Of a stretch of DNA of 64,000 nt, positions 26,254 through 39,967 are shown piece by piece. Source of the stretch: Zootoca vivipara. Lineage: Eukaryota. Both the position numbers and the translations under genes were made by a program. Where the stretch lies: the NCBI RefSeq assembly GCF_963506605.1, contig NC_083276.1:84630001-84694000 (forward strand), in the 5' to 3' direction. How positions within the stretch are numbered: position 1 is the stretch's first letter; every line of letters starts with the position of its first letter. Under the pieces are notes generated by a model. It had not been told where the DNA came from. It made no database searches and saw only the letters and a list, made by a program, of their open reading frames with translations.

Positions 26254-27256
26254 TATTATAAATGAATAAGTGGCCCTAGGTCCTAGCTAAGCATCACAAA
26301 GGCACAAATTATTGTACTTAAATAAAGTAAAAAAGGTCTTTGGCCTGTGTTGATAACCAAGATGTAAAACATTAAGTATATATACCTGCAATAAATTGCC
26401 CTGGATCTTTACAAGTGGAAACAGTGGCAACACCTCTCCTCCATTTAGCGCAGACTGCGCAGACTGCAGACAATATTACAGGATTTGCACTGCAACACAC
26501 ATTCACCCTGTTATCTGCCCTATTATCATTCCCACTAATCCAGGCATGTCCAAAGTCTGTTTTGGGGGTCTAATCCAGCTCAGCAACGTCAATCCTAAAA
26601 AAAGTTCAACAACTTTGGTCGGCCCTCACACATCAAATTGGGCACCCCTACACTAATCCATGTTGTGCACACAAGATCACTAGGGGCTTTGTTTTTGAGA
26701 AGGTCATTGTGGTATAATAGCGACAGGTTCAAATCCCTGCAAGGCCAGGTAGAGATTATTAGGAATACTAATACATTGATCCACATTCTGAAGGGAATTC
26801 CATTAAGTTTCCTTCCACTGACACATTTTAATGTATTTTTAAGCAATGCCAAGGACATGCTTTATAGATATGTGCAATTGCTTTGTGGGTATCTGGACTG
26901 GTTACCCACAGCCATCCACCACTGAGCTGCCATCTGGACTTGTAGTTCAAGAATGCAGATATAAAATAGCAGGAAGGCCGCTGTGAGAACAGGATGCTGG
27001 ACAAGATGAGCAGGCTCATCTTACATTTTTGTGCTTAAGGGTCTAACCTCCTGATTCTGATCTCTGCATTCCAGGGTTTCTCTAGACTTTACTCTTCTTC
27101 ATCTGCATCCCTGGAGACATAGACCTCATTTGGCTTCTTCCACCCTCTTGCTGTGGAGTTCTGGATTCATCTTATTGTTTCAGGAGGGAGGGAGGGAGGG
27201 AGGGAGAAGGTACATGCTATCTGCATCATGAACTCAATACCTCTGGCTCTTCATAC

Positions 27257-27398
27257 CTGCAAAAGCCTCTGTTTCTGCCTCTGGCTGCCTTGGACATAGG
27301 AAAGGACAGCAGGACCTCTCCATCATCCTTTTGCATCTACCCTCTCTTGATGAACATATACTGCAGCCAATGGCAGTCTTCTGCAGATTGTGATGTCA
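27257..27398 (-). promoter_or_regulatory. copy 2 promoter module and probable 5'UTR exon
   Basis: CCAAT at 27367, TGATGTCA at 27391 (same 24-nt offset as copy 1); candidate donor CAG|gtatga with exon end at 27257. Confidence 0.6.
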
Positions 27399-29023
27399 GG
27401 GGTGTGAGGCTGCAAGCTCTTGGTCATGGCCCAGGTGTATGGTACTTGGGAGGGGTTAGTAATTGAGGGAGGGGGACTCCAAGCCAGGGCATCACCATGT
27501 GACAACTAGAGGCTGGGATTCATCACAGACATGGAGAGGAAATGGTAAGGAATATATGGCACTGTGTGTGATCTGTTGTACAAAATAACGTATGAAACTG
27601 TGAAATAACATCTCTGTAACACAAAGTCATACAGCATATCTGTGGGTCCCTGAATAACACTGTTTTGTCATTGGCTTCCCCTTGTGTGTAGGGTTGGCTA
27701 GGATCCACCTGCAGCCAGACATGACCGGGCTCAGTTCTAGAACATGCAAAGGAATAATAAAGAAGAGTGTGTGTCTGAGCATGTGTCAAGCATTCTTTTG
27801 CTCACCCCTGAGGAACTACCATCGATCTCCATGTGTCTGGGATGAACTCCACTAACCCGGAAGTAGTACCTCGGGTTAAGAATTTTACCTCAGGATGAGA
27901 ACAGAAATCACATGGCAGCGGCGGCAGGAGGCCCTATTAGCTAAAGTGGTACCTCAGGTTAAGAATGGTTTCAGGTTAAGAACAGACCTCCGGAACAAAT
28001 TAAGTTCGTAACCAGAGGTACTACTGGTACTTGTCTCCTTGGCTCGGGGTCGCATAACTCCAAACCCTCCAACATTTCTCCAATGAAAATAAGGATGTCC
28101 TAAGGAAAAGCAGGACGTTCCAGGATCAAATCAGAAACCGGGAAAGCTTCTGTAAATCCAGGAATGACCCTGGAAAATAGGGACACTTTGAGGGTCTGCA
28201 GTAAATGCCTGCTTAGTTAGGTGTATGGGAGTCAGAGGTAGGTCCAATTATGATGATCAATTGGCTGAGGAGTGTTATTTCCCTGATCATGAGAAATCCC
28301 ATAATTTTGAGGTGCCTTTGGGCTTCAAAGCTAGGGAACAGCTGAGGTGGTGCCAGGAACTGATATTACAGAGGTGCCCTACAGTCTGTCACAATCACTA
28401 TTGTTTCTGTGCCGTAGAAAGCTAAATCTGTGAGTGTTGGACAAGTTGCTTTGGATTACAGCCTAACCAGTTGTTCCTATTTGTGCTTATAAAAACTCAC
28501 ACTGCAATGAAGCAGAGGGAAATAATCCATGAATTTTCTGAAGCCAAACTGCCGGCATGGTTGTTGATAAGTGATGCATGTCATGTAATGAATAGGTGCA
28601 TATAATTAATAGGTAGTGCATAGAGTGTACCAGTAATTCCTGAGGTAGGAAGCTTCAGACAGGACATAAAACGGTAATGATGATTGACATACATCTCCTA
28701 ATGAATTTCTCCTGCTCTGCTCCTGTTTGCAGAGTGATAAATGAAAAAATATATATGCAACAACAAAAACAAACCTCCTGAAATATGGCCATGCACTCAG
28801 TTCCAACTCATGGCAGTCACAATCCATATTAGGGGAAATACATTTAGCAGGTCAACCAAAATAGTGTACAAGCATTTGACTTCTCCAGAGGCTAGATGGC
28901 AGACAGAAAGCAGAGTTAGGGTAGGAAAAGGCCATGTGACCTGCATCTAATTACAGTCTGAAGATGGAGTGGGGGAGGTGGCGGTAGACATTCAAAACAG
29001 GCTAGTTATGTACTAGGCAGGTA

Positions 29024-30374
29024 CCGTGTTTCCCCTTTTTTAAGACACCGTCTTATAACTTTTTTTCCTCAAAAAAACACAAGGTGTCTTATTTTCAGGG
29101 GATGTCTTAATTTTTTATTACCATTTTTATTATGGACCCACCCTGGGGAGCAACTTCCTTTAAAAAGAGACAAGGAAAAAAGAGCAAAGGCAGCGGTGAG
29201 GGAGACACTTTGTGCATGCTCAGAGACCACCCCATCCCCAGCTATAAACCCACCCCGGTTTTCCAAGACGCCTTTTCCCCGGCACTGGACTGGCGGGGGG
29301 ATGTGAAGGGGGTGTCTCTCTGTGCATGCTCAGAGGCAGCCTCGTCCCGGGCGCCGCTATGGGAGTGGAGGGCACTCACCTAACCATGACCCAGATCCCG
29401 GCCACGACGAGGCGCCGTGTGCCGGCAGCGGACTGAGCCGGAGCCCCTGGTGCAGGCCAGCGTTGAGCTCACTACCGGCCCCGCCGAGCACAGCCACGGG
29501 CCCATCGCCCAGCCCGCCCGCCTGCCTGCCTCCCGCTTCCCTGCCCACAAAATTCCGGCGGCGGGCCATGCAGCCCATGCCGCTCCAGCAGAGCGGAAGG
29601 GGCCAGCAGCGCTTCCGCCGCCGTCCGCACCCCGGCGCCACAGAAGGACCCGCGAGCCTCCCGCCACCGCTCTGCCTTGGGCCATGCGGCCCACAACATT
29701 CCGGCGGCGCGGATGGGGCCAGCAGGGCTCCCGCCGCCGCCCGTCACCCTGGCAGGGCCAGCGGGGCTCCTGCCGCCGCTCTGCCTTGGGCCATGCGGCC
29801 CACAACGTTCTGGCGGCGCGGATGGGGCCAGCAGGGCTCCCGCCGCCGCCCGTCACTCTGGCAGGGCTAGCGGGGCTCCCGCCGCCGCTCTGCCTCGGGC
29901 CATGCGGCCCACAACGTTCCGGTGGTGCAGAAGGTCCAACGGGCCTCCGGCCGCCGCTCTGCCTCGCCGCTCTGGCTGGGCACTCCGCCCGGTGCTGCTG
30001 GACGTTCCGAGCGCTCGGCGCTGCGGAGCGCTCCACTCTGCAGCCGCCTGTTCCGGCGGCGGGGCGGCAGGCCTCCTCGGCCGGGCCAGGAAGAGGCCAG
30101 GCCGCTGGCTGGGCGCTCCACCCGGCGCTGCTGGGCGCTCTGAGCGCTCGGCGCTGCAGAGCGCTCCACTCTGCAGCCGCCTGTTTCGGCAGGTGGCTCG
30201 CCGCTGCAGCAGCTGGTTCCAGGCCCCGCTGGCTGGCTGGGGCGCTTGGCGGTCTCGCTGTATATGGTATGAGAGGTATGTCTTATTTTCGGGGGGTGTC
30301 TTAGATATAGCAACTCCTAAAAAATGCTGCCATGGCTTACTTTATGGCTACGTATTAAAAAAGGGGAAACACGG
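29024..30374. mobile_element. 1351-bp GC-rich non-autonomous element, copy B
   Basis: Same length and orientation as 23143-24493; internal ORF translations identical at offset 5881. Confidence 0.85.
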
Positions 30375-30560
30375 TATCAGGTTACACTAAGACCTCCTAA
30401 TGGCTGATCTCCCATCTCTTCAATAATGAAACCTGAATAAAACCTGGATAATAGCCCCTTAAGGTGGTGCCAGAGACAGTGGAATCACCCACCTGTATAC
30501 TTTGTAATTAAGTCTTTAATCATGCTTCCCACTAGTTTTCCCAGAATAGATGTTAAGCTA

Positions 30561-30907
30561 AAGGTAAAGGGCCCCCTGACCATTAGGTTCAGTCGTGACC
30601 GACTCTGGGGTTGCGCACTCATCTCGCGTTATTGGCCGAGGGAGCTGGAGTACAGCTTCCAGGTCATGTGGCCAGCATGACAAAGCCGCTTCTGGCAAAC
30701 CAGAGCAGCACACGGAAACGCCGTTTACCTTTGCACCGGAGCGGTACCTATTTATTTACTTGCACTTTGACGTGCTTTTGAAGTGCTACGTTGACAGGAG
30801 CTGGGACCGAGCAACAGGAGCTCACCCCGTTGCAGGGATTCGAACCGCCGACCTTCTGATCAGCAAACCCTAGGCTCTGTGGTTTAACACAGCACCACCT
30901 GCGTCCC
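30561..30907 (-). mobile_element. Full-length Sauria SINE
   Basis: TSD gatgttaagcta (30549-30560 and 30909-30920). Confidence 0.9.
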
Positions 30908-31179
30908 TGATGTTAAGCTAACCATCATATAATTCCCTGCCCCCCCCCACTGGACCCCTATCTCAAAAATTGGTGTTACATTGTTCACTTCCTGTCATGG
31001 ACATTTTATTTATATGCACGGAGGGAACAAAACTTCTGTTGTTCTAAACCCTTACTAGGGAAGTAAGTTCCAGTGAACTCAATGTGACAAATTCTGGATA
31101 AGCAGAGCTTCCATGTTCAAGAGCAGCATTCCACTGAATACCAGTTGATTGAGCTGGGAGGCGCATTAAGAGGCCTACT

Positions 31180-31305
31180 CAGGGCTTTTTTCCCCAGCTG
31201 GAACTCACCAGAGCTCAGTTCTGGCACCTCTCAGGTGGGCGCCATTGCTATTATAAGGTGTTCATGGTGAGTTCCGACATCTCTTTTCCTTGAAAAATAG
31301 CACTG
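31180..31305. mobile_element. Short hAT-type MITE
   Basis: cagggctttttt and aaaatagcactg ends; near-perfect 8-bp TSD ggcctact/ggcctatt. Confidence 0.6.
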
Positions 31306-32541
31306 GGCCTATTGCCTTCATACCCTGTTTTTGAACTTACTGAAGACCCCTGGTTAGCCACTGTGGAAAGCCAAGTGCTGAACTAGGTTGTCCAGTGGTT
31401 TCATCCAGCTTGAGGTCTTTGGATGTTTATATGTTGGCATCTTATGTAGGCATGGGCAATCGGGGCAGAAATTCAAAGTATCGAGGAGGAAAAGCAAATG
31501 CTGTGGGGATAAATTCAGACAAAGCAGCAAGTGGCTTAAGTGTCATGGATATTGGGGACAGGCAACTATTTCAGCAAAGGGATCCCTGGGCCAAAGCACC
31601 ATTGTTCCTCTCCCCCTCAGCCCCTGGATACTCAGTGTTCCCATTGCTGCATCTGTTACGGTAGTTCAGGGATAGAAAACCTGTGACCCTCTCAATGTTA
31701 CTGGATTACAACCCCCGTCATCCCTTGCTGGCTGGGGCTGAGGGATTCTGGGAGTCCAGCATCTGGGGAGCCTCATAATAATTCCTATGTATCCTGTTGA
31801 GTAAATGAGGCATCTGGCCAAATCTGACCACCCCGGTCAGTAACTGGACTCTTGACCAAAGGCTATAAAACTGTAAAACTTCGTTTCAAGTGTCTGACTC
31901 TCATCTTAAGCAGCATGCAATGTTCTCGAAATAGCTATGCCGCTAAAGCATAAAGTGCTCTCGATGCACACAAGCTGACCACCTGTTGTTATGTCCTGTT
32001 GTTGTGTTATTGGTTGGAAATTCCCTAACAAAACAAAACTGGCTGACTACAAAGAGATCTAAATTCAGAGGTATATGCAAAGCGATGTATAGCTGCGCTT
32101 GAGTAGGTAACTGTCAGCTAGTTAGATACAATAATAGTTATTCAGCACCCCCTGGGGGAGCAAAACAGCAATGCAGCTTAAAACTAAGAAGGCAGCTGAT
32201 TGGTTAAAGGGATACTGCAGAGGGTCGGGTAAGGGGCAGACCTTTACTGTATGAAATTGTATTTAATACTCTGTACATGCAGATGGTTTTTGTGCAAGTA
32301 GAGAAGCTTTATTCTCGCTGCACCTTATTGCTTTTGTCTGACAGAAACAATAAAATTGTTCTTAGAACTTTGAAACTTTGCTGCCTGAAGTTTTTTCATC
32401 TGGTCTATGTCTGGAGTCCTAAAACACTGTATAACATAAGAGCAAGCAACAAGTATGAACAAATAAAATTTGGGTTCCTGACCCTTCCTTTATTGTACTC
32501 TCAAACACTCACTCCTTGCGGTGCCCAGCACTTATCCGCAC

Positions 32542-34181
32542 TCACAGGTTGTCGTTAAAGAGCTTGCACCAGCATTGGGAGCATCGCGGGCAGGAAGATG
32601 GGGCATTTGGGTCAAAAATTTCCCCTTGGCTAGTTAAATATGGAGGCCAAGTCTTTCCATTATGAGTTGGAGCATCAATATGTGGAAGAAGCAAGCTCTT
32701 CCTTGGATTTAATTGGTTTATTCTATTCCAGGCTTGGATATTTTCCCACTGGTTTCCTTGCATGGCCTGATTTGTTCCACGTGGTTTTCTTTTAGCCGGA
32801 AGTGGTGCTTGGCCAGCACCAGAGAACTCGGGGGCCCCACAGAAGAGAAACCTTGCTGCATTTTCTGCTGGACTAAGCCAAACGGTAGCTGGCACCTTCC
32901 ATGTATAGGCAGGCACAGTGCTCTCAGTGGGCTGGGGGGCTGCTTTGTTACCTGCCCAAACACTGTTTTGGACCTGCACCTTGCTTTTCCCAGCATTCAG
33001 CTGCTTCTTCTGGACTGCCACGTTGTTCTTCACAGCATGCAACTCATTTTTCTGGACTTTCATCCTGCTCCTCTCATCATTCAGTACCCTCTTTTGGACA
33101 TTCGCCTTGCTCTTCCCGGTGTGTGTCTTGTTTTCTCCAGCCTGCAGCTCACCCTTTTGGGAACGTATTGCTTTTCCATCTTTCAACTTTGGCGATATCA
33201 ACTTATTCATCCTCCCTGACATCTCCTTACTTTTGATTGGTGAGGTTTTCCTCCTAGTGTTCCTCAGGTGTCCAATACGTGGCTCCTGTTTGTCGGATCG
33301 TTCCTTCTGCCCAGCACCCTGCTCTGTCCCATGATCAGGTTCACATCCTGGATGGGATCTATGTTTCTGTACTGAAGATTTCTCAGTTTGCATCTCATGC
33401 TTTCCAGGGGGGGCATCAGCTTCCCCATTCCGAAGCTTGTTCTTGGTGTTTGGCTCTGACTTCTCATGCCGTTGTTTCGTTTTCCCTATATGAAGCTTAC
33501 TCTCACAATGCAGCTCAGTTTTTATCTTAGTAAACTTAGCCTTCCCCGTATGGGTCTCCCAATCTTCGCTCTGTTGCCTGGCCTTTTCTGCATAGGCCCC
33601 ATTCTTCTCAGTTGGGGCTTTCCTCTTCCCATTGTTGCTCTCGCTATTCTCCACAAGAGCTTCTTTACCAGACTTGCTGCTCCTAGTGTGCAATGCGCTG
33701 TTCTCAGCAGGCAGGTTTTTATCCCTAGTCTGCAATCTCTTTCTCCCATCCTGGAGCTGCTTACCCTTCCCGACTGGAAAATCATTTTTCTCAGGAGGCA
33801 ATTGGTTAAGCTTTGCCCGGTGTCTTTTGTGAGACTTTCTACGTGGATGCAAAGGAAGGGGCTTGTTAGGCTTCTGACTTTGATCATTGGACTCGGAATC
33901 TGACTCTGAATTTGATTCACTGGATTTGGAGCTTGACCTGCTACGTTCAGAACTGGACTCAGAACTGGATTCATTAGACTCATCAGAGTTCAAGGTGGAA
34001 TAATGCTCTGAACCCGATGACTCATCATCAGACTCAAATGTTGAGTCATCATACTCAGAACAAGAACTCTTATCATTCTCCACACTCAACTCGTCATCCT
34101 GAGAACTTGGTTTGTCTGGTTTGGTGTGGTCTTTCTCATCTACCGTGTTACTCTTGTGTTCCTCATGGGCAGGCATCACAC
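32542..34181 (-). CDS. copy 3, large terminal exon (546 aa)
   Basis: Uninterrupted ORF 32542..34230, tttattgcag phase-1 acceptor, polyA signal ~48 nt after the stop. Confidence 0.82.
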
Positions 34182-37100
34182 CTGCAATAAACCAAGTTTT
34201 TAAGTCTTGTGACAATTTTGCTCTGTTCACAGGACAAATCTAAGCCTGATTTCTATGTAGTGGAAACAGTTGTCTGTAGTCTGTAGTCTGTCAGACTGTA
34301 GTCCAGGCATTCCCAAACTTTGGCCCTCCAGATGTTTTGGACTACAATTCCCATCATCCCTGACCACTGGTCCTGTTAGCTAGGGATCATGGGAGTTGTA
34401 GGCCAAAACATCTGGAAGGCCGCAGTTTGGAGATGCCTGCTGTAGTCTGACAGTTAGGTTTTTCACCTTGGTTTCCTCTGCAACAACCGCCATGATAAAG
34501 GGGGGATAAGTCCCCTTTCTTATAAGCACACAGAAAATTTAATATTCAAGGATGAATCTTCAGGCGCATAACAAATACATTTCCTTCAGTTAGTAGAACT
34601 TAAGCATTTCAGAAAAGAAGATAAGTGAAATTAAAAGCATGTCACAATTTAATATATCAGAAAGATACTTATACCCAACTTCCTTTGAAAGAGATGCATT
34701 TTTCTAATCTTTCTCCATTATCAAAGAACAACAAGACTGCATTCCACAAAATATCTAACTTCTTGAAAGGATCTGATAATCATATGCCCAAAGTATATAC
34801 AATGCAACTTCTGCAACAATGTTGATTAAACATAGCTTATTATCATCAAAGCAAAATAATTTTAGCAACATCTAATAGAACTACATCAAATACAGTTTCT
34901 TTCTTTTTTTAAGTGTATCTGGATGGAAGTTACATAGATATATTATAAAAACCTAACTTGTACAAAAATGTGTTTGGCTCACATCTGAGCATAATAAAAG
35001 TATAAGTTATAAAATAGCATTGCTGTGAACACAACTTGTTCAAATAATCTATACAGGTGGTTTGATTAAGTCAGGCTAATTCAATATTTTCTCCTAAAAG
35101 GAGACAAAAGCATTTCGTTGCAAGATAGGAAATGGGGAATAGTGATGTGCTACTTTGACACACAGGTCTGGGCTACCTTTGAAGGATGTTACAAAAACAG
35201 AAAGATGTATTTGATTTCCATTTTAACAACTTTAATTGTGATGCTTTGGGGCGAGGTAAATTACCGTATCTTATAGGGCTTGTTCTAGTGTTTCCGGAAC
35301 CAATCAAAATGGATGCAAAAATGGGTTTTGAAGTGAGACTATTTGCCACAGTTTATTTAAAGGACAGTTCAGTTAGTGGCCTGGAATACTCAGCACTTCC
35401 ATCTTACTTTAAGGCAAAAATCAGCAAAGCTCATGTGTGAACCACAGCATATTTCCTATAAGTCCCCAAGGGTCTTCAGATACCCCAGGGTATCTCTTAG
35501 AGACCACCTGGTGAGCCCATTATTCTGAAGTGGTCAGGGCTCTTAGCATCATTAGACCCAAGTTGTTCTCTGCTCATTCATAGATAGATGGATCATTGAA
35601 TTAACATATATGACAATACAAGCAATAGAAGACAAGAAAGATTAAATAACAATGGATGACTGGTTCATCAATATATCATGGTGGTTAAATTTATTCTAAC
35701 AGTTAACTTTTCCTATTAACCCCAATGGTTTTTGTAGTGGTGGGATCTTACCAACCTCTACTCTTCCTTCTCCTGTTTTCTAACTCACTACTGGGGCATT
35801 ATGCTCTATAACTCCACCCACTTCTACCCCTTGTATCCTGCTCCTCTAAGGGAACCCTTTGACCCTTTCCTTCTCTGTTTCTATACTGCCTTTGCTTTCT
35901 CCACCTTCTCTGTCTTCCTCGTCTTCCTCCTCTCCCTTGCCTCCTACTTTAGCTCCTTCCTTCCGAGTTGCATCCATTATCCTCCTCTGCTAGCTTCCAG
36001 TCTCTCCTGCTTTCTCTTTAACCTGCTTCAGATGCACCATCAGTCGTGCCTTTATCCTCTGGCTGGTCAGGCATCCCTACAGCTTTAGTGATGCTACCTC
36101 ATTCTGCCTGACTCACCTCCCACCCAGACTGTCAGGCTGCAGGGCAGGCAGAAGAGCTGCGGCAATGCTAGTTCTCAAAAGCAGTTTATACCCTTAATTG
36201 GAAAGCAAGTTTGGGCAAACACCTGCTTAAGCAACCTTCTGGCCAGCTAAGTAATTGGTTCTCCATGAAGGAGTTGAAATTTCAAGCATAAGGAGCTGAC
36301 TGAGAAAGTGTGTTGTTAGCCAATGGGTTCTCCCCCCCCCTTTTTTTTTAGACTTCAAACATGTTTGGAAACATTCAGTGCACATGTTTTAAAACTAAAA
36401 ATAAATTCTAACTAATATATGCAGATATACCTGACACTGCTCATTAACATCTCCTAGTTGTTGATGCCTGCTTCACTCCAAATAGCACTTCCCATCTCTA
36501 ATTGTTCAAATCCCAGAGGGAAAGGTTCTGGGGAGCAGCAACTACAAATGGCGCTGTGTGCGTCTGGCCTATTGTTGGATGGAGGACACTACTGGGAAGA
36601 CAGCCAACAATAATTATGCAGGAGGGGGTGGAAACTGTTTATAAGATATGCCAGATACCAGCTTTTTAGCTCTTCTATAGGTCGAACCAGCACTTGAATT
36701 GTGGCTCCAAGGTTATAAAAAGTCAGGCAACACATTCTGCACAAGCTACAGCTTTGGAACAGTTGTCAAGGGAAGTTCCACGGAGTAGCTAAGCGCAAAA
36801 GGCTAAGCAGTGCAGGTTACTGAGAGCTGAAAAGCTATGAAAATTAAAAAGTACATGACATGCTTTGAAGTAGGTTATAAACCTGAAACAGAGTAGTGGG
36901 CAGGAATAAGGCACCCACAACTGAGCTAGCCAGCGAACACCCAGCATGTCAATACAGCACTTTCTGTCATGCATCAGATAATGATTTTGATTGTGCTCAA
37001 TCTGATCTCTGTCTGCCAGGTCAACCAGAGGCAAACAGCATTCTTATATTAATTGTGTGGCCTCTGGCTGGCTGACCCAGGATTCAATGCAGGTCAGCTG

Positions 37101-39919
37101 AGCTGACAACCTCAGTGGGGTTAAGTCAAAGCTGGATCCAATTAGAAAGCTGTTTCACTCTTTCTCTTCCACTGCCTTGGGTCCCAAACACGTTACAAGG
37201 AACAAGTGGCTGTTGCTGATCTTGGTCTCCCTGGTAACTTGTAATTAAAGAAGAAGTGCCATTATCACACTCTTAATTTCTTCATCCCTGCAAGCAGCAC
37301 CCATATTTAGCTAAATATTACCGGGGCAAGGTGGAAAGGCAGGTCACTGCTGCCACACATTACTCATCGCATGTTCTTTGGCCAGTGGTTGCAGCTCTGC
37401 GGATCAGGAAGAACTCCACAGAGAGACTCCTAATTGTGGCTTTCTCCATTTCCTCTCAGGCACGTGAGACTGAATTGTGAAATCACTCACCTTTTTCATT
37501 CTGTCTGTCCTGGAGGGAGCAATCCAGGTTATGCTTGTTTGCTGAAAGGCAGAAGATAGACCTGAAAGTTCTCCAGCCCTGCTGCAGCCAGCTGCAATCG
37601 CTTGATTCAGGATTTGGAAAACTACCACCCCTCTAGGCTCAAGGCATATATAAAACTGAAACTTATTGTATCCCCACCCCACCCCCAGTGACTAACCAGC
37701 TTTTTAAGAAGCTTACAGTTAGGGATAAACAAACCTGCCAGTTTCCGTTTCTCTCCCCTTTTTTAGTTTTTCCATCTTTAAATTCAATTCACCACATTCC
37801 TGCACCAGTTTGCATTTTTTTAAAAGTCTACGTGAAAATTCACCATCATTTCTTCTAATATCTGTATGCAATTCTGCCTAGCTTTTGCAAGGTATTTTCT
37901 CTTAACATGAATCATTTTTGTGTGTTGTTTTTGCTATATGCATTTTTACTTTCCTCTAATGTATACACAGGTGTTTGTTTTTTGTTTGTTTTAAGAACTG
38001 GATTGCAAAATTCAGGTAAGTGTGAATTTTGGAGAGCTGCATTTTGGCTTGCGTTTTGGTTTGGGAAGCATGAACAAGGTAGAGTCGCATTAAAATGCAA
38101 GCTGAAGCAAATTTATGCCCCTGTCCCTAGTTATAGTTAATTGCAGCAGCATAGGGAGCTATGAAAATGTGCAGAGATCCTGGCAGCTGTCTAAAGAAGA
38201 AGGCATATTGCAGGAGAGAAGCTCTAGGCACCTACTAATAGGACATGGACTGGTGGTGAAACTGCATGTTTCCCCATAGCTCCACTACTTCAGAAGAGCA
38301 TCCCAAAGCAATTTCCCAAAAGGAAGATGGCAATGTTGAGGCACAAATGGGACATCAGCCTCCTGTGCATATAAACAAAGAAGGTGATGCCTCCAGGCTG
38401 TCAGGAGATGTGTGTAGACTGCTGTTCTTTATCTATTGGGTTTGGACCAGTCTGACATAAGGTGGGTCATAGCAATGGCATCACAACGTTTGCTTCAAAA
38501 GAAAAAGAAAAGTAGAAAGATAGGGGCCTGGGAGCAGGCAGAGAAAAAAGTGTGGGTATATATCTACTCTAAATATTGGTGCGATTTCTGTACTAGTTAT
38601 AACTTGTTGTTTGCCTCTCCCCCTGCAAGCTTGGGGATTGCAGTTTGGCACAGGTGCTAAGAGAGATCTATCACCAGCTGGTTCCCACCCAGAACTGCAT
38701 TTCCCCGGGTTCGGGAGAAGACGGTTAAGCCTGTAGACCAGGCATCCCCAAACTTTGGCCCTCCAGATGTTTTGGACTAGAATTCCCATCTTCCCCGACC
38801 ACTGGTCCTGTTAGCTAGGGATCATGGGAGTTGTAGGCCAAAACATCTGGAGGGCCGCAGTTTGGGGATGCCTGCTGTAGACTTTTAAAGCATTGTCAAT
38901 AGATCCAGAGAGAGAAGGAGAAGGGGAATATATATGTTAGAAAATAAAATAAATGTGGGTCCCATGCTGCAGGTTGGGGTTAAAGATGCTTTTCAGGTGG
39001 GAAAAGACTGACGTTTACTGGTGTGGATTTCTAACCAGGATTGCTTCAGTGCATAGCACAGGTTGAAAAGACTCTCTCCCTCACTCTCTTGCTGATCAGC
39101 AACTAGGATCAACTTGTGTTTCATTGGGAAACCAAGGCACCAGTGAAGTGAGAAGAGCAGAAGGGTCTAGGAGTCTGAGCCCTTACTGTTTGACAGCGCT
39201 TTGTAGGCTTCCATTATCTCCTTGGACTTCTCTTCAGCTTCCTTTTTGTTATCTGGGTTTTTATCAGGATGCCACTTCTTCAGTTTTGCTCTGTACCTGT
39301 TCAGTTAAAAGAAAGGATGTAAAGAATTAGGTTCCAGGAGGCCTGTTTATTTTTTGAGCAAGTCATCCTGATTTGTTTGCACAAAAATTGTGCAGAGGTT
39401 ATACCACTCTGCCAAGTGGTGATTATCTCCCACTTCCCAGTGCTTTCCCCATCACTTTTTTTAAACAGCAAAATTCTACAAATAGAACCAGGTTTGTTGT
39501 ACAAGAGTACTGTAGTGCTCCTTGCTACTTATCACCCTGTACCCCTTCCTCACAGGTGGGTTATGTAGGTGCTACCCTGTTTCCCCTATTTTAAGACGTA
39601 GCCATAAAATAAGCCCTAGCAGCGTTTTTAAGCATTCAAGGAATATAAGCCATACCCCGAAAATAAGACATAGTGATAGGCGCAGCAGCAATGCCGGCCG
39701 CGGAAGGAGGAGGAAAAAAATAAGACATCCCCTGAAAATAAGCCATAGTGTTGTTTTTTTGAGTAAAAATAAATATAACACTGTGTCTTATTTTCGAAGA
39801 AACACGGTATTTATTGCACAAAGGATGTAAGATGGCATCTACCTGACTGGGTGAGAAATATGTGCAAAACTCCTGACTCTCTGGAAACAGTCTGCTTGGG
39901 ACCACCCGTTAATCACCTG

Positions 39920-39967
<48 letters not shown>

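Noticed and set aside
35740-36130. Pyrimidine-rich stretch as a possible extra copy 3 exon
   Set aside because: No convincing phase-compatible splice pair identified; looks like repeat or LTR-like sequence
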